Origin: Candidatus Multivorans sp.
Lineage (GTDB): Bacteria; Acidobacteriota; Thermoanaerobaculia; Multivoradales; Multivoraceae
NCBI GenBank assembly: GCA_965224025.1
Contig: OZ245033.1
Span: 4,384,001-4,448,000 of the forward strand
Direction: 5' to 3'
DNA: 64,000 bases
The notes beneath the pieces are model-generated. The model did no database searches, was not told the DNA's origin, and was given only the letters and a program-made list of their open reading frames with translations. Positions 46,112 to 55,359 of the stretch are shown here, piece by piece (position 1 is the stretch's first letter; every line of letters begins with the position of its first letter). The translations under genes and the position numbers were made by a program.

Positions 46112-47599
46112 ATGATTGACAATAAAACCAACATGGACACCAAGGAACGATTGGGCGAAGAGATCGCGACGCTTGCCGCGCGCATCGACGCGGCGACCTA
46201 CGAACTGCTCGTGCTGATTCGCAAGTTCGACGAACGGGAAGGCTGGAACAACGGCTTCCTGACTTGCGCCCACTGGCTCACGTGGCGCATCGGTCTTGTA
46301 CCCGGCACGGCGCGGGAGCGGGTGCGAGTCGCTCGCGCCCTGGGCGAGCTGCCACTGCTGAGCGAGGCGATGAAGCATGGCCAACTCTCCTACTCGAAGG
46401 TCAGGGCGCTGACCCGGATCGCCAGGCCAGACACGGAGCAGTCACTGGTGGACCTGGGCAGGACCGCAACCGCCGCGCAAATCGAACGCGTGGTCAGGGC
46501 ATGGCGCAGAGCCGACCGCGCCATCGAGGCTCACGACGACGAGCTGCGCGATGCCGCCAGTCACGTGACTACACACATCGACGAGAACGGCATGTTCGTG
46601 ATTCGTGGACGCCTGGCGCCGGAGGTCGGCGAAGTGTTGATGAAGGCGCTCGACGCGGCGAGCGAGAAGCTGTATGACGCAAGCAGCGACCAGACGGACA
46701 AAGTGGATCGTCCCTCTGTCGGCAAGCTGCGCGCCGATGCTCTTGGGCTGGTGGCCGAGAGCGCTCTCGCGGGCGGGCTCGATCGCGGCTCAGCCGGCGA
46801 CCGTTACCAGGTCGTCGTCCATGTGAACGAGGCTGAACTCGAAGGCGGGGAGGAGGTGCCGGCGGCAAGCAACCCCAGGCCTCGCGTTTCCGCCGAAACG
46901 CCCGGCACCGGTGTCTCGGCGAGGTCGGCTCCCGGAGAAAGGGCCCTTGAGGGCGTTTCCGCGGAAACGCCCTCAAGGAACGGCGCGTGGCTCGGCGACT
47001 CTCACGTTCCTGTTTCCGCGGAAACAGCGCGGCGGATCGCCTGTAACGCCGGCAAGGTCCGAATGACTCACCGGAACGGCGAGATCCTGAGCGTCGGTCG
47101 CAAGACGCGCACCATTCCACCGCCGGTTCGGCGTGCTCTGAAGTTCCGGGACCGCGGATGCCGCTTCCCCGGCTGCACGTCGCGGCACTGCGACGCTCAT
47201 CACATCCGCCACTGGGCCGATGGAAGCGAAACGAAGCTCTCGAACCTGGTGCTTCTCTGCCGCCGACACCATCGGCTCTTGCACGAAGGCGGCTTTGAGG
47301 TGCGAATGGGCGCCGACGGCGCCGTGCAGTTCTTCCATCCTCGCGGACGACCGCTCCACGAGAGCCCCGCACCTCCACCGGTCGGCCCCTATCCTTGCGA
47401 CGACCTCCTCCGAGACCTCGAAGATGCCGGCATCCTCGTCACCGGCAACGAGTCGATGCCGGCCTGGGACGGCACGCCGATGGACCTGCGGTACGTGATG
47501 GAGTGCCTGTGGAAGCCGCCACCCCATCTGCAAGCGCTGGTCGATCGGGAGAGATACGCCACGACGGTCCGAGGGCGGCCAGAGCCGCAGACTGCTTAG
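46112..47599 (+). CDS. DUF222-like + HNH endonuclease
   Basis: CAHWLTWRIG, ARERVRVARAL, LSYSKVRALTR; RDRGCRFPGC...DAHHIRHWADG...NLVLLCRRHHRLLHEGG; alternative start at 46133. Confidence 0.9.
   Translation: MIDNKTNMDTKERLGEEIATLAARIDAATYELLVLIRKFDEREGWNNGFLTCAHWLTWRIGLVPGTARERVRVARALGELPLLSEAMKHGQLSYSKVRALTRIARPDTEQSLVDLGRTATAAQIERVVRAWRRADRAIEAHDDELRDAASHVTTHIDENGMFVIRGRLAPEVGEVLMKALDAASEKLYDASSDQTDKVDRPSVGKLRADALGLVAESALAGGLDRGSAGDRYQVVVHVNEAELEGGEEVPAASNPRPRVSAETPGTGVSARSAPGERALEGVSAETPSRNGAWLGDSHVPVSAETARRIACNAGKVRMTHRNGEILSVGRKTRTIPPPVRRALKFRDRGCRFPGCTSRHCDAHHIRHWADGSETKLSNLVLLCRRHHRLLHEGGFEVRMGADGAVQFFHPRGRPLHESPAPPPVGPYPCDDLLRDLEDAGILVTGNESMPAWDGTPMDLRYVMECLWKPPPHLQALVDRERYATTVRGRPEPQTA
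46884..47027. repeat. Three in-frame palindromes with core GTTTCCGCGGAAAC (VSAET)
   Basis: 46884-46901 (one mismatch), 46945-46978 (perfect 34 bp), 47010-47027 (perfect 18 bp). Confidence 0.9.
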
Positions 47600-47712
47600 G
47601 CGCAGCCGAGGGGCGACGACTCCGCCCGGCTTCCTCCGTTGGGGCAACCGTCGAAGTACGTCGACCAGAGGATGTTCCGACACCCACCCGCCAGGCTGCC
47701 CAACAGGACCTC

Positions 47713-47742
47713 TTGACGGCACTGGTTGAGGGTACTACCCTC
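47713..47742 (+). promoter_or_regulatory. Sigma70-type promoter with a palindromic operator over the -10
   Basis: TTGACG (47713-47718), 17 nt, TACCCT (47736-47741); inverted repeat GAGGGTA-C-TACCCTC at 47728-47742. Confidence 0.6.
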
Positions 47743-47749
47743 CGGCACC

Positions 47750-48046
47750 ATGAGCGAACGACACACTGTCGGCGGTTCGCCCATCAGATTCTCCGAGGAC
47801 GTGGTGCCTCTCGGCGACGTCAAGGTGAATCCGGGCGCCGTGGTGCGCCACGCCACTGACTCGGGGCGTCCGGTGCTTCTGACATCGCGCGGCCGCGGAG
47901 TCGCCGTCGTTCAGTCCCTGGCTCAGTACGAAGAAGCACAGGACGAGCGATCGTTCCTTCGCGCCGTGGTCCAAGGACTAGCGAAGGCCGAGGACGGTTC
48001 GGAACTCACGCTGGCCGAGGTCAAGGCCCGATTCCGCCCGAAGTAG
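47750..48046 (+). CDS. Phd/YefM family antitoxin (no adjacent toxin)
   Basis: DVVPLGDVKVNPGAVV...RPVLLTSRGRGVAVVQSLAQYE. Confidence 0.85.
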   Translation: MSERHTVGGSPIRFSEDVVPLGDVKVNPGAVVRHATDSGRPVLLTSRGRGVAVVQSLAQYEEAQDERSFLRAVVQGLAKAEDGSELTLAEVKARFRPK

Positions 48047-48092
48047 CGACCGGTACCGCAGGAAGGCTGCAAGGCGCCGAAGCCTCGATCAG

Positions 48093-48488
48093 CTACGAGT
48101 CGGGTTCATCGAGAATCCTCTCGACGACCTGCAGCGCGATGTCGTCCTTCTGCGGCGACGGGAAGTTGATGATGATCGCCTCAGCGAACTGGGTGGTTCG
48201 AAGATACGCCCTGGTTTGCGACACGTGACCCTTGGTGATGGAACCACCAGCCTTCAGCTCGACAGCGATCTGACCGGCGATCACGAAATCGAGGCGTTGC
48301 ATTCCAACGCACTCGCCCAGATACATGACTTCGACGTTGTTCTCGATCGTGTAGGGAGTTCCGTTCGCTCGGAACTCGATCGCCATCGCCTTCTCGTAGA
48401 CCGACTCCGCATAACCCTCGCCGAGGGCGGCGTAGACCGCCCGCGCGGCCGCGATCACATCTTCCTGGTACTCCTCGACCGTCTTCAT
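48093..48488 (-). CDS. GxxExxY protein (PD-(D/E)XK-like)
   Basis: LGEGYAESVYEKAM, RLDFVI, VELKA, QTRAYL, IINF. Confidence 0.9.
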   Translation of the reverse strand: MKTVEEYQEDVIAAARAVYAALGEGYAESVYEKAMAIEFRANGTPYTIENNVEVMYLGECVGMQRLDFVIAGQIAVELKAGGSITKGHVSQTRAYLRTTQFAEAIIINFPSPQKDDIALQVVERILDEPDS

Positions 48489-48501
48489 CGAATCCTCCTG
48501 G

Positions 48502-48822
48502 CTACGGGATGGCCAATTCTCGGTACTCGCCTGGCCGAATCATGTTGACGGCGGCATGAACATCGCCGACCCGGGCGCGAATTCGTGGCCAAGAGGTCGA
48601 AAGGAGCACGAGTACGCCCAGTCTCCGTTCGTGGAGATTCTGTTGGTGTCGAAGCTGCTGGTCCGTCGTGACCAGCAAGTCGTAGCCCGCCTTCTCAGCG
48701 CGATCCAGGAGTTCGCCGTTGTGAAGGTCGGACCAGCCTAGCTGGAAGGCGGTGTCCACAGCGTGCCCGGACAGGTGTCGCCGAAGCGGCGCAGGGGTTC
48801 CCTGGTCGAACAGGATCTTCAC
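48502..48822 (-). CDS. DUF5615 / VapC45-like PIN toxin
   Basis: MKILFDQGTP, GWSDLHNGELL, LVTTDQQLRHQQN; 4-nt overlap with the DUF433 gene. Confidence 0.85.
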   Translation of the reverse strand: MKILFDQGTPAPLRRHLSGHAVDTAFQLGWSDLHNGELLDRAEKAGYDLLVTTDQQLRHQQNLHERRLGVLVLLSTSWPRIRARVGDVHAAVNMIRPGEYRELAIP

Positions 48823-49082
48823 GCGGGCGGGGAGGTGGCGACATCCTCCGAGGACTTGCCTGGGCTGGCCTCCGCCAGCGATCTGACCTCGAAGTCAAGG
48901 ACGGCCTCAACGCTTACCGCTCCCACTCCTGGAAACCAGTCCAGGAACTGCTCCACGGACGCTCCATCCCTGATGTTCTCGAACAGCGTGGCTACGGGAA
49001 CACGCGTGCCCCGAAAAACCCAAGCGCCGCTTAGCTTCTCCGGGTGCCGCTCTACCTCAGAGCACTTCTGCCAGTCCGTCAT
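48819..49082 (-). CDS. DUF433 antitoxin
   Basis: PEKLSGAWVFRGTRVPVATLFENIRDGASVEQFLDWFP. Confidence 0.9.
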   Translation of the reverse strand: MTDWQKCSEVERHPEKLSGAWVFRGTRVPVATLFENIRDGASVEQFLDWFPGVGAVSVEAVLDFEVRSLAEASPGKSSEDVATSPPA

Positions 49083-49145
49083 TCGGTTCCCCGCCACTTG
49101 GCTCGATCGTCGCTGACAGGACGATACCAGTCCAGCGGCAACCGA

Positions 49146-50561
49146 TCAGCCGAAGATCAGGCCCCAGATCGTGTACAGGGTGAAGGACACATAGACGGTC
49201 GACGCGATCACCATCATCACGATGTTGAGCGCCTTCGGACGGGCGGACTTCGGCAGCTTCGTCAGGTTCACGTAGAGGGTCAGCGGCACGTAGATCGCCA
49301 TCGCGAAGCCGCCCAGGAGGGCGGAGTTGAAGATGAAGCCGAGCGCCGACACGCCGCTGAGTTCAAAGAAGGCGGTCGAGGCGGTACCGGCGACCATGAA
49401 CATGATCGCGAAGGTCAGGTACCACTGGCTCTGGGTGCGCTTCCTGCCGAACTTGAACATGGAGCCCAGCAGATAGGACCAGGTGCGGGCGCCGCCATCG
49501 ACGGCGCCTAGTTGGGAACTGAACAGGGCCGCCATGCCGATGAGCAGGAACACGTAGCGGCCGGGGGCGCCGAGGCTCGATTCCAGGATGATCGACATGT
49601 CCCAGACGATCTGACCTTCGGCCGGAACGATTCCGGCCGGACGGAGAACGGCCAGCGCACCGAACATGAAGAGAAACATCGTGAAGGTGTTGCCGAGCCA
49701 GAAGAAGATGACCTGGTCCTGGATCACGTAGCGCATCCACCGCTTGAACCGGCTCGCGTTCTCCGGGCTCTCGATGTACCGGTAGCCGGTCTGCACCTCC
49801 GCCGTCTTGTGTTGACGCAGCGGGTTGGCCAGCACCGGGATGCGCTTCCCCATGCCGATGTTCTTGTCCCGCAGGTAGAAGGCGTACCAGAGGTTGCCGG
49901 CGCCGCCGATGCCGGCGAAGACGACCGCGCCGAAGAAGCGCGCGAACGTGAACTCGTCGTCCAGCTCGATGTGGCCGAAGTTGACGAGACCCCGCCCCAT
50001 CTCCTTGACCGCGTCCCAGGTGCCGACCGAGAAGGCGACGTAGATCAGGCCGATCGTGATCACCAGCACCATGATCCCGATCGCCCGCTCGACCGCCTTG
50101 TACATCTGCTTGGGCCCGAACAGGATGAGCGCGATGAAGGCGAACGTGACGGCGGTCCAGAACCACTCGGGGCCTGGACCGTCCGGGCCGAAGATCAGCG
50201 CCTTGAGCGCCGCGCCCGACATCCTCGCCCACCCCGGAAGGAACAGGCCGACGAAGCCCAGAGTGAGGAAGGCGTAGATGACGGTCATCGACATCCGGGC
50301 GTACGACGTGTACGGGTGCTCGCCCGTGACCACCGCCCAGCGACCGATCTCGATATTGATCCAGAGCTGAAGGAAGACGCCCAGCGCCGCCGCCCACAAC
50401 ATGACCGTGCCGAACTTCGCGGTCACCCACGGCCACACCGCGAGTTCGCCGGCGCCGATGGCGAGGCCGACCATGATCGCGCCCGGACCCGCGAGCTGCC
50501 AGAAGGACAGCTTGCGTTCCGGGAGGTTCTCCTCGCGCAGCGGCGGGATGGGTACCGGCAT
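49146..50561 (-). CDS. Nramp-related transporter (third, more distant member)
   Basis: GPGAIMVGLAIGAGE motif; multiple TM segments. Confidence 0.8.
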   Translation of the reverse strand: MPVPIPPLREENLPERKLSFWQLAGPGAIMVGLAIGAGELAVWPWVTAKFGTVMLWAAALGVFLQLWINIEIGRWAVVTGEHPYTSYARMSMTVIYAFLTLGFVGLFLPGWARMSGAALKALIFGPDGPGPEWFWTAVTFAFIALILFGPKQMYKAVERAIGIMVLVITIGLIYVAFSVGTWDAVKEMGRGLVNFGHIELDDEFTFARFFGAVVFAGIGGAGNLWYAFYLRDKNIGMGKRIPVLANPLRQHKTAEVQTGYRYIESPENASRFKRWMRYVIQDQVIFFWLGNTFTMFLFMFGALAVLRPAGIVPAEGQIVWDMSIILESSLGAPGRYVFLLIGMAALFSSQLGAVDGGARTWSYLLGSMFKFGRKRTQSQWYLTFAIMFMVAGTASTAFFELSGVSALGFIFNSALLGGFAMAIYVPLTLYVNLTKLPKSARPKALNIVMMVIASTVYVSFTLYTIWGLIFG

Positions 50562-50758
50562 GTGGCGTCCTCCAGCCGGCACGGGCCGAGCCGCCCACCC
50601 AGCTCTCACGGTTCTACGGAATGACGGAGTCCGGGGCACTGTAGCAGCGGCCGTCAGGCACCCGGCTGGAGCTCCCGCCGCAACGCCCCGGTCCGCGAAG
50701 CGCTACCATCGCACGCTCAAACATCCGCCAGCCCGACCGTCCTCGAGAGGAGAGACCG

Positions 50759-52072
50759 ATGAGACGACGTCCCCATTCGCCTTGCCGCCTGGCCGCGGCC
50801 CTGCTGCTCACCCTTGCCCTCGCCGCGGCCCCGGCGCTGGCAGCCGCCGACGCGACTCTCACGGTCACGAAGCCCGAACAGGTCGGTTTTTCGTCCGAAC
50901 GTCTCGCACGCATCGACGCCGCGATGAACGGGTACATCGAGGCGGGAAAGATCGCCGGCGCCACCGGCCTCATCGCCCGCCGCGGCGAGATCGCGTACTT
51001 CAACACCTACGGCTACCGGGACCTCGAGTCGAAGGAGCCGATGCCGGAGGACGCCCTCTTCCGCATCTACTCGATGTCCAAGGCGGTCACCGGCGTCGCC
51101 GTGATGATCCTGCACGAGAAGTACGGCTTCCCGCTCCGCACTCCCGCGTCGCGATGGGTTCCCGCCCTCGGCGACCAGAAGATAGCCGTCTGGAGCGTCG
51201 ATCCCGGAACCGGCGATCCGAGCCTGGAGCTCGTGCCTTCGAACCGCGACATGACGGTCCAGGATCTGCTGACCCACACCGCGGGAATCAGCTATGGCGG
51301 GCCGCGCAACGCGCAAGGCGGTAGGTACTACGCCGAACTCGGGGTCGGCAACCGGGACCAGACCCTGGAGGAGTTCACGAACAAGATCGGTCAGGCGCCG
51401 CTCCACAACCACCCCGGCACGGTGTGGCGCTACGGCTACGGCATGGACGTGCTCGGCCGCCTGGTCGAAGTGATCTCAGGCAAGACCTTCGACGTGTTCC
51501 TGGAAGAGGAGATCTTCGCGCCGCTGGGCATGAAGGACACCGCGTTCTACGTGCGCCCGGGCACCGAGGACCGGCTGGCCGTGCTCTACACGCCGGACCG
51601 CGAAGCGGGCGACGGAACGATCACCCGCTCGAACGCACCGCCGCAGGACTCCTACCTGACCAAGCCGAAGATCTTCTACGGCGGCGCCGGCCTGGTCTCG
51701 ACGACCACGGACTACTTCCGGATGATCCAGATGCTGCTCGACGGCGGCCGCTACGAGGGCGGCCAGATGCTCAGCCCGAAGTCCGTCAAGCTCCTGTCTT
51801 CCGACCACATCGGCGACATGCCGCGCGTCGGCCAGTTGATGGGACCGGGCGACGGCTTCGGCCTCACCTTCCGGGTCAATGAGAACCCGGGAATCAATGG
51901 CGCATTGGGTTCCCCCGGCGAATACAGTTGGGGCGGCGCCGCGGGCACCCGGTTCTGGATCGACCCCGAAGAGGAGATGGTCGGCGTGTTCATGATCCAG
52001 ATCCTCCCCCACGCCGGCCTGACGTACGGCACGGAGTTCCGCAACCTGGCCTACCAGGCGATCGTAGACTGA
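50759..52072 (+). CDS. Serine hydrolase (beta-lactamase class C-like)
   Basis: FRIYSMSK (SxxK), LLTHTAG, PGTVWRYG, WGGAAGT; signal peptide. Confidence 0.9.
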   Translation: MRRRPHSPCRLAAALLLTLALAAAPALAAADATLTVTKPEQVGFSSERLARIDAAMNGYIEAGKIAGATGLIARRGEIAYFNTYGYRDLESKEPMPEDALFRIYSMSKAVTGVAVMILHEKYGFPLRTPASRWVPALGDQKIAVWSVDPGTGDPSLELVPSNRDMTVQDLLTHTAGISYGGPRNAQGGRYYAELGVGNRDQTLEEFTNKIGQAPLHNHPGTVWRYGYGMDVLGRLVEVISGKTFDVFLEEEIFAPLGMKDTAFYVRPGTEDRLAVLYTPDREAGDGTITRSNAPPQDSYLTKPKIFYGGAGLVSTTTDYFRMIQMLLDGGRYEGGQMLSPKSVKLLSSDHIGDMPRVGQLMGPGDGFGLTFRVNENPGINGALGSPGEYSWGGAAGTRFWIDPEEEMVGVFMIQILPHAGLTYGTEFRNLAYQAIVD

Positions 52073-52092
52073 TCTGTTTGGAGAAAAGAGAA

Positions 52093-53133
52093 ATGACCGA
52101 CCGCAGCCTGGAAGTCCGTCTCGCCTCGCGTCCCGCGGGCGAGCCGGAAGCCGCGAACTTCGACCTCGTCGAAACCGACATGCCAAGCGCCGGCGAGGGG
52201 CAGGCGCTGGTGCGCAACGTCTACATGTCGGTCGATCCCTACATGCGGGGCCGCATGCGGGACATCCAGTCCTACACGCCGCCCTTCCAGATCGGCAAGG
52301 CGCTCGACGGCGGCGCGGTCGGCGTCGTCGAGGAGTCGAACTCGGACGCCCTGGCCCCAGGAGACCTGGTGTCGAGCCGCTTCGGCTGGCGCAGCCATTT
52401 CGCCGCTCCCGCCGTGGAACTCCAGAAGATCGACACCCACGGCGCGCCGCTATCCGCCTTCCTCGGCGTACTCGGCATGCCGGGCATGACCGCGTACGTC
52501 GGCCTGCTCGACATCGGCGAACCGAAGGAAGGCGAGACGGTCTTCGTCTCCGCCGCGGCGGGTGCCGTCGGCAGCCTCGTCGGTCAGATCGCGAAGATCA
52601 AGGGCTGCCGGGCCGTCGGCAGCGCCGGGTCGGCGGACAAGGTCGCCCACTTGGTCTCCGACCTCGGCTACGACGCCGCCTTCGACTACCACGGCGACCT
52701 GAACCGCAACCTCGCCGACACCTGCCCGGACGGCATCGACGTCTACTTCGAGAACGTCGGCGGCCCCACGCTCGAGGCGGTCTTCCTGCACATGAACATG
52801 TTCGGCCGCATCCCGGTCTGCGGCATGATCGCGCACTACAACGACAAGGAACCACGCCCCGGTCCGAAGACCCTCGTCTCGATCATCCCCAAGCGTCTCA
52901 AGATGCAGGGCTTCATCGTCTCCGACCACCTGGACCGCCGCGCCGACTTCGTCCGCGACACGGCACGCTGGATCGCCGAAGGCAAGGTGACCTACCGCGA
53001 GACGATCGCCTCCGGCCTCGAAAACGCCCCGGAGGCGTTCATGGGCCTTTTCCGCGGCGCCAACACAGGCAAGATGGTCGTCCAGATCAGCGACGACCCC
53101 ACAACTATACCGCGTGGTCTCCATTCGACATAG
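52093..53133 (+). CDS. NADP-dependent oxidoreductase (prostaglandin reductase/CurA-like MDR)
   Basis: SVDPYMRGRM, LGMPGMTAY, VSAAAGAVGS, YFENVGG, GANTGK. Confidence 0.93.
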   Translation: MTDRSLEVRLASRPAGEPEAANFDLVETDMPSAGEGQALVRNVYMSVDPYMRGRMRDIQSYTPPFQIGKALDGGAVGVVEESNSDALAPGDLVSSRFGWRSHFAAPAVELQKIDTHGAPLSAFLGVLGMPGMTAYVGLLDIGEPKEGETVFVSAAAGAVGSLVGQIAKIKGCRAVGSAGSADKVAHLVSDLGYDAAFDYHGDLNRNLADTCPDGIDVYFENVGGPTLEAVFLHMNMFGRIPVCGMIAHYNDKEPRPGPKTLVSIIPKRLKMQGFIVSDHLDRRADFVRDTARWIAEGKVTYRETIASGLENAPEAFMGLFRGANTGKMVVQISDDPTTIPRGLHST

Positions 53134-53159
53134 AGCGCACTCGGGAGTCGGACTCGGGG

Positions 53160-53485
53160 CAGTAGAAGGTCGCTTCTCACCTGCGCCAGCGAGCCCTTGG
53201 CATTCTCGTACGTCCAGGCTTTGTTGCCCCTCCCGGCCCTTACCACGAGCTTGAACGCCAAGTCAGTGACCGGCGCCACGTAGACCCAGCGATACCCGTT
53301 CACCGCGCAGCCGTCCAGCACCTTGACCAGAACCTCGGCATTGTCGCGGTCGAAGAAGTAGAGCAAGCCCGACTGCCTGTTGGCCAGACCGTAGCTGCGA
53401 GCATCCCTGGTCACCGTCCGGCCCTCGCCATCTTCGTACTCGAAGCACATCTCCCCGCTGTAGCCGCCATGCAGGCTAAGCAAAG
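53160..53485 (-). pseudogene. Orphan fragment of an acidobacterial surface-protein repeat domain
   Basis: SGLLYFFDRDNAEVLVKVLDGCAVNGYRWVYVAPVTDLAF; no signal peptide or credible start. Confidence 0.55.
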
Positions 53486-53504
53486 TGCGCGTCGAATCAC
53501 AATC

Positions 53505-53765
53505 CGATCCCATCTTCGTGAACCGGGCGTGCGCTACGACCGCCTGACCCCGAAGGAAAAGCTCTACCTGCGCGCTATGGCTGAGATTGGCCCCGGGCCT
53601 CACCGATCAGGAAGGTCGCCGAGGTGCTCGACAGGCCGGCGCAATCCGTAGCGCCCATACGGTCCAACCTGATCGGAAAGGGCATGATCTACAGCCCCGC
53701 TCACGGCGACACGGCTTTCACCGTGCCCATGTTCGACGAGTACTTCCGGAGAGTGATAGCTGAAA
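53505..53765 (+). pseudogene. C-terminal winged-helix fragment of an ATP-binding protein
   Basis: VRYDRLTPKEKLYLRAMAEIGPGPHRSG, frameshift, VAPIRSNLIGKGMIYSPAHGDTAFTVPMFDEY; ATPase domain absent. Confidence 0.65.
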
Positions 53766-53767
53766 GC

Positions 53768-55315
53768 TCACTTCCATAGCGCGCCTTCTGCCGCCCGCGC
53801 CGCCGTTCGATGCGGTGACCTACCGGGCGCGCACCTACCGAATCCGCGCAGACCGTTTTCTTCGGCGCTCTGCCGGACCATCGGCCTTCTCTCTGGCTCC
53901 GAAGTCACCTTCACGTTGTAGTAGACGGGAACCGGTTCACCGTTCAATGTAGCCGGCTCGAACTCCCACCGCTTTATCGCAAACAGGGCAGCTTCGACGA
54001 AGTCCGATGCCTGGACACTCAGAACCTTGGCGTCTTCGACCTTGCCCTCCGTATTGATGACGGCCTGTATGACGACCGTTCCATGAGCTGAACTCGGATA
54101 GACGACCTTTGGAGCCTTGATCTTCTTGGGCGCGACGACTTTCGACGCCGACTGCGTTCCCGGCTCGGCTCCGCCGGCATCGGGCCGGGCTTCGCCCTCC
54201 TGTTCCGAATCAGCGGGCGCGCCCTGAGCCTCAGGCTCAGCCTGTGTTTCCTCAGCCTCTTCCTTCGCAGCCTCCAGCGCCTGCCGCGCCGCGTCGACAC
54301 GGTTCTGACCGCCGTACCAGCTCGCGAGCCAGTCCTTGCCGTCTTCGGCCTTGCCTTGCTCTTCGCGGTGGCGGGCGCCGCGGAGCATGAGCGTCATCGC
54401 GCGGTTGCCTTCGTGGCAGGCGTATTCAAGGACGGGGTCGTCGCTGCGGCGCATCTCGAGAGCGCTCGTCCAGGGCGCTTCGTAAGACTCGGGGTCGTTG
54501 ACGGTGTACTCGTAGAGCAGGGTGTCGGGGCCCGTGCGGGTGAAGCGCTCGGTCAGCACGAGGTTGGGCCCGGTGCCGCGGTACGCGGTGTGCTCGGTGT
54601 AGTTCTTCGTCGTCACGACGAAGGTGCCGCCTTCCCAGACGCCCGACGAGTCACCCTTCCAGAAGCGCATGCTGTCGTCGGCGTGCTCGGGGCCGTCGGT
54701 GGGGATCACCCGGTGGTCGTTGATCATCTCGGTCATGATCGCGACGTAGCCCGGCGACTGGAAGATCTCCATCATGTTGTTGTAGGCGCCCGGGGTCATC
54801 GGCGGGCCGGCGTTGAAGCCGATGATGCAGCGCTCGTAGGTGTTCCGCTCTTCCGGGCCGGCCGGGGCTTGGCCCCAGAGCGCGTAGCGCTCGTTCGACC
54901 GGCGCCGGGCATCATCAGTGAGCGCGGGCAGGCGGCCGTTCGGCGGATCGATGACCAGGGATGTCCGCATGGTGCCGGAGACCTTGTCGCCCAGGTCGAG
55001 CCAGAAGGAGTTGTAGCCCACGTCGACGTCGCCCTGGCTGGGGTCGACATCGCCGCCTCCCTGCGCCGCGCGCGCGGCGCGTTCCTCCTTGCGCCGCTGC
55101 TCCCAAACCGCCGCCTCTTCGGCGGTCAACGTCGCCTTGTCGCCGAAGGCGGCGGGCCGCTCGAGCGGCGTGATCGAGCGGAAGTCCCAGGTGCCCTGGA
55201 GATCGGGTACGCCCCAGGAGGTCTTGAGTTCCGCGTCTTCGGCGGCTGCCGCGCCGGCAAGGGCGACGGCGGCGACAACGCAGAGGACGGTGGTGGCAAA
55301 CAGTCGGTGCTTCAT
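53768..55315 (-). CDS. 'YACHEGN' family protein fused to a C-terminal TonB_C-like domain
   Basis: Signal peptide; WGVPDLQGTW...LEYACHEGN; acidic linker; VVYPSSAHGTVVIQAVINTEGKV...AIKRWEFEPATLNGEPV. Confidence 0.8.
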   Translation of the reverse strand: MKHRLFATTVLCVVAAVALAGAAAAEDAELKTSWGVPDLQGTWDFRSITPLERPAAFGDKATLTAEEAAVWEQRRKEERAARAAQGGGDVDPSQGDVDVGYNSFWLDLGDKVSGTMRTSLVIDPPNGRLPALTDDARRRSNERYALWGQAPAGPEERNTYERCIIGFNAGPPMTPGAYNNMMEIFQSPGYVAIMTEMINDHRVIPTDGPEHADDSMRFWKGDSSGVWEGGTFVVTTKNYTEHTAYRGTGPNLVLTERFTRTGPDTLLYEYTVNDPESYEAPWTSALEMRRSDDPVLEYACHEGNRAMTLMLRGARHREEQGKAEDGKDWLASWYGGQNRVDAARQALEAAKEEAEETQAEPEAQGAPADSEQEGEARPDAGGAEPGTQSASKVVAPKKIKAPKVVYPSSAHGTVVIQAVINTEGKVEDAKVLSVQASDFVEAALFAIKRWEFEPATLNGEPVPVYYNVKVTSEPERRPMVRQSAEENGLRGFGRCAPGRSPHRTAARAAEGALWK

Positions 55316-55359
55316 TCCTTCGACTCCTTCCGGTTTCTTCAGGCTGCGCCCTGCCGGTC

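Noticed and set aside
46884-47027. CRISPR array
   Set aside because: Only three short cores with unequal spacing, inside an intact reading frame, with no cas genes; reported as coding palindromes instead
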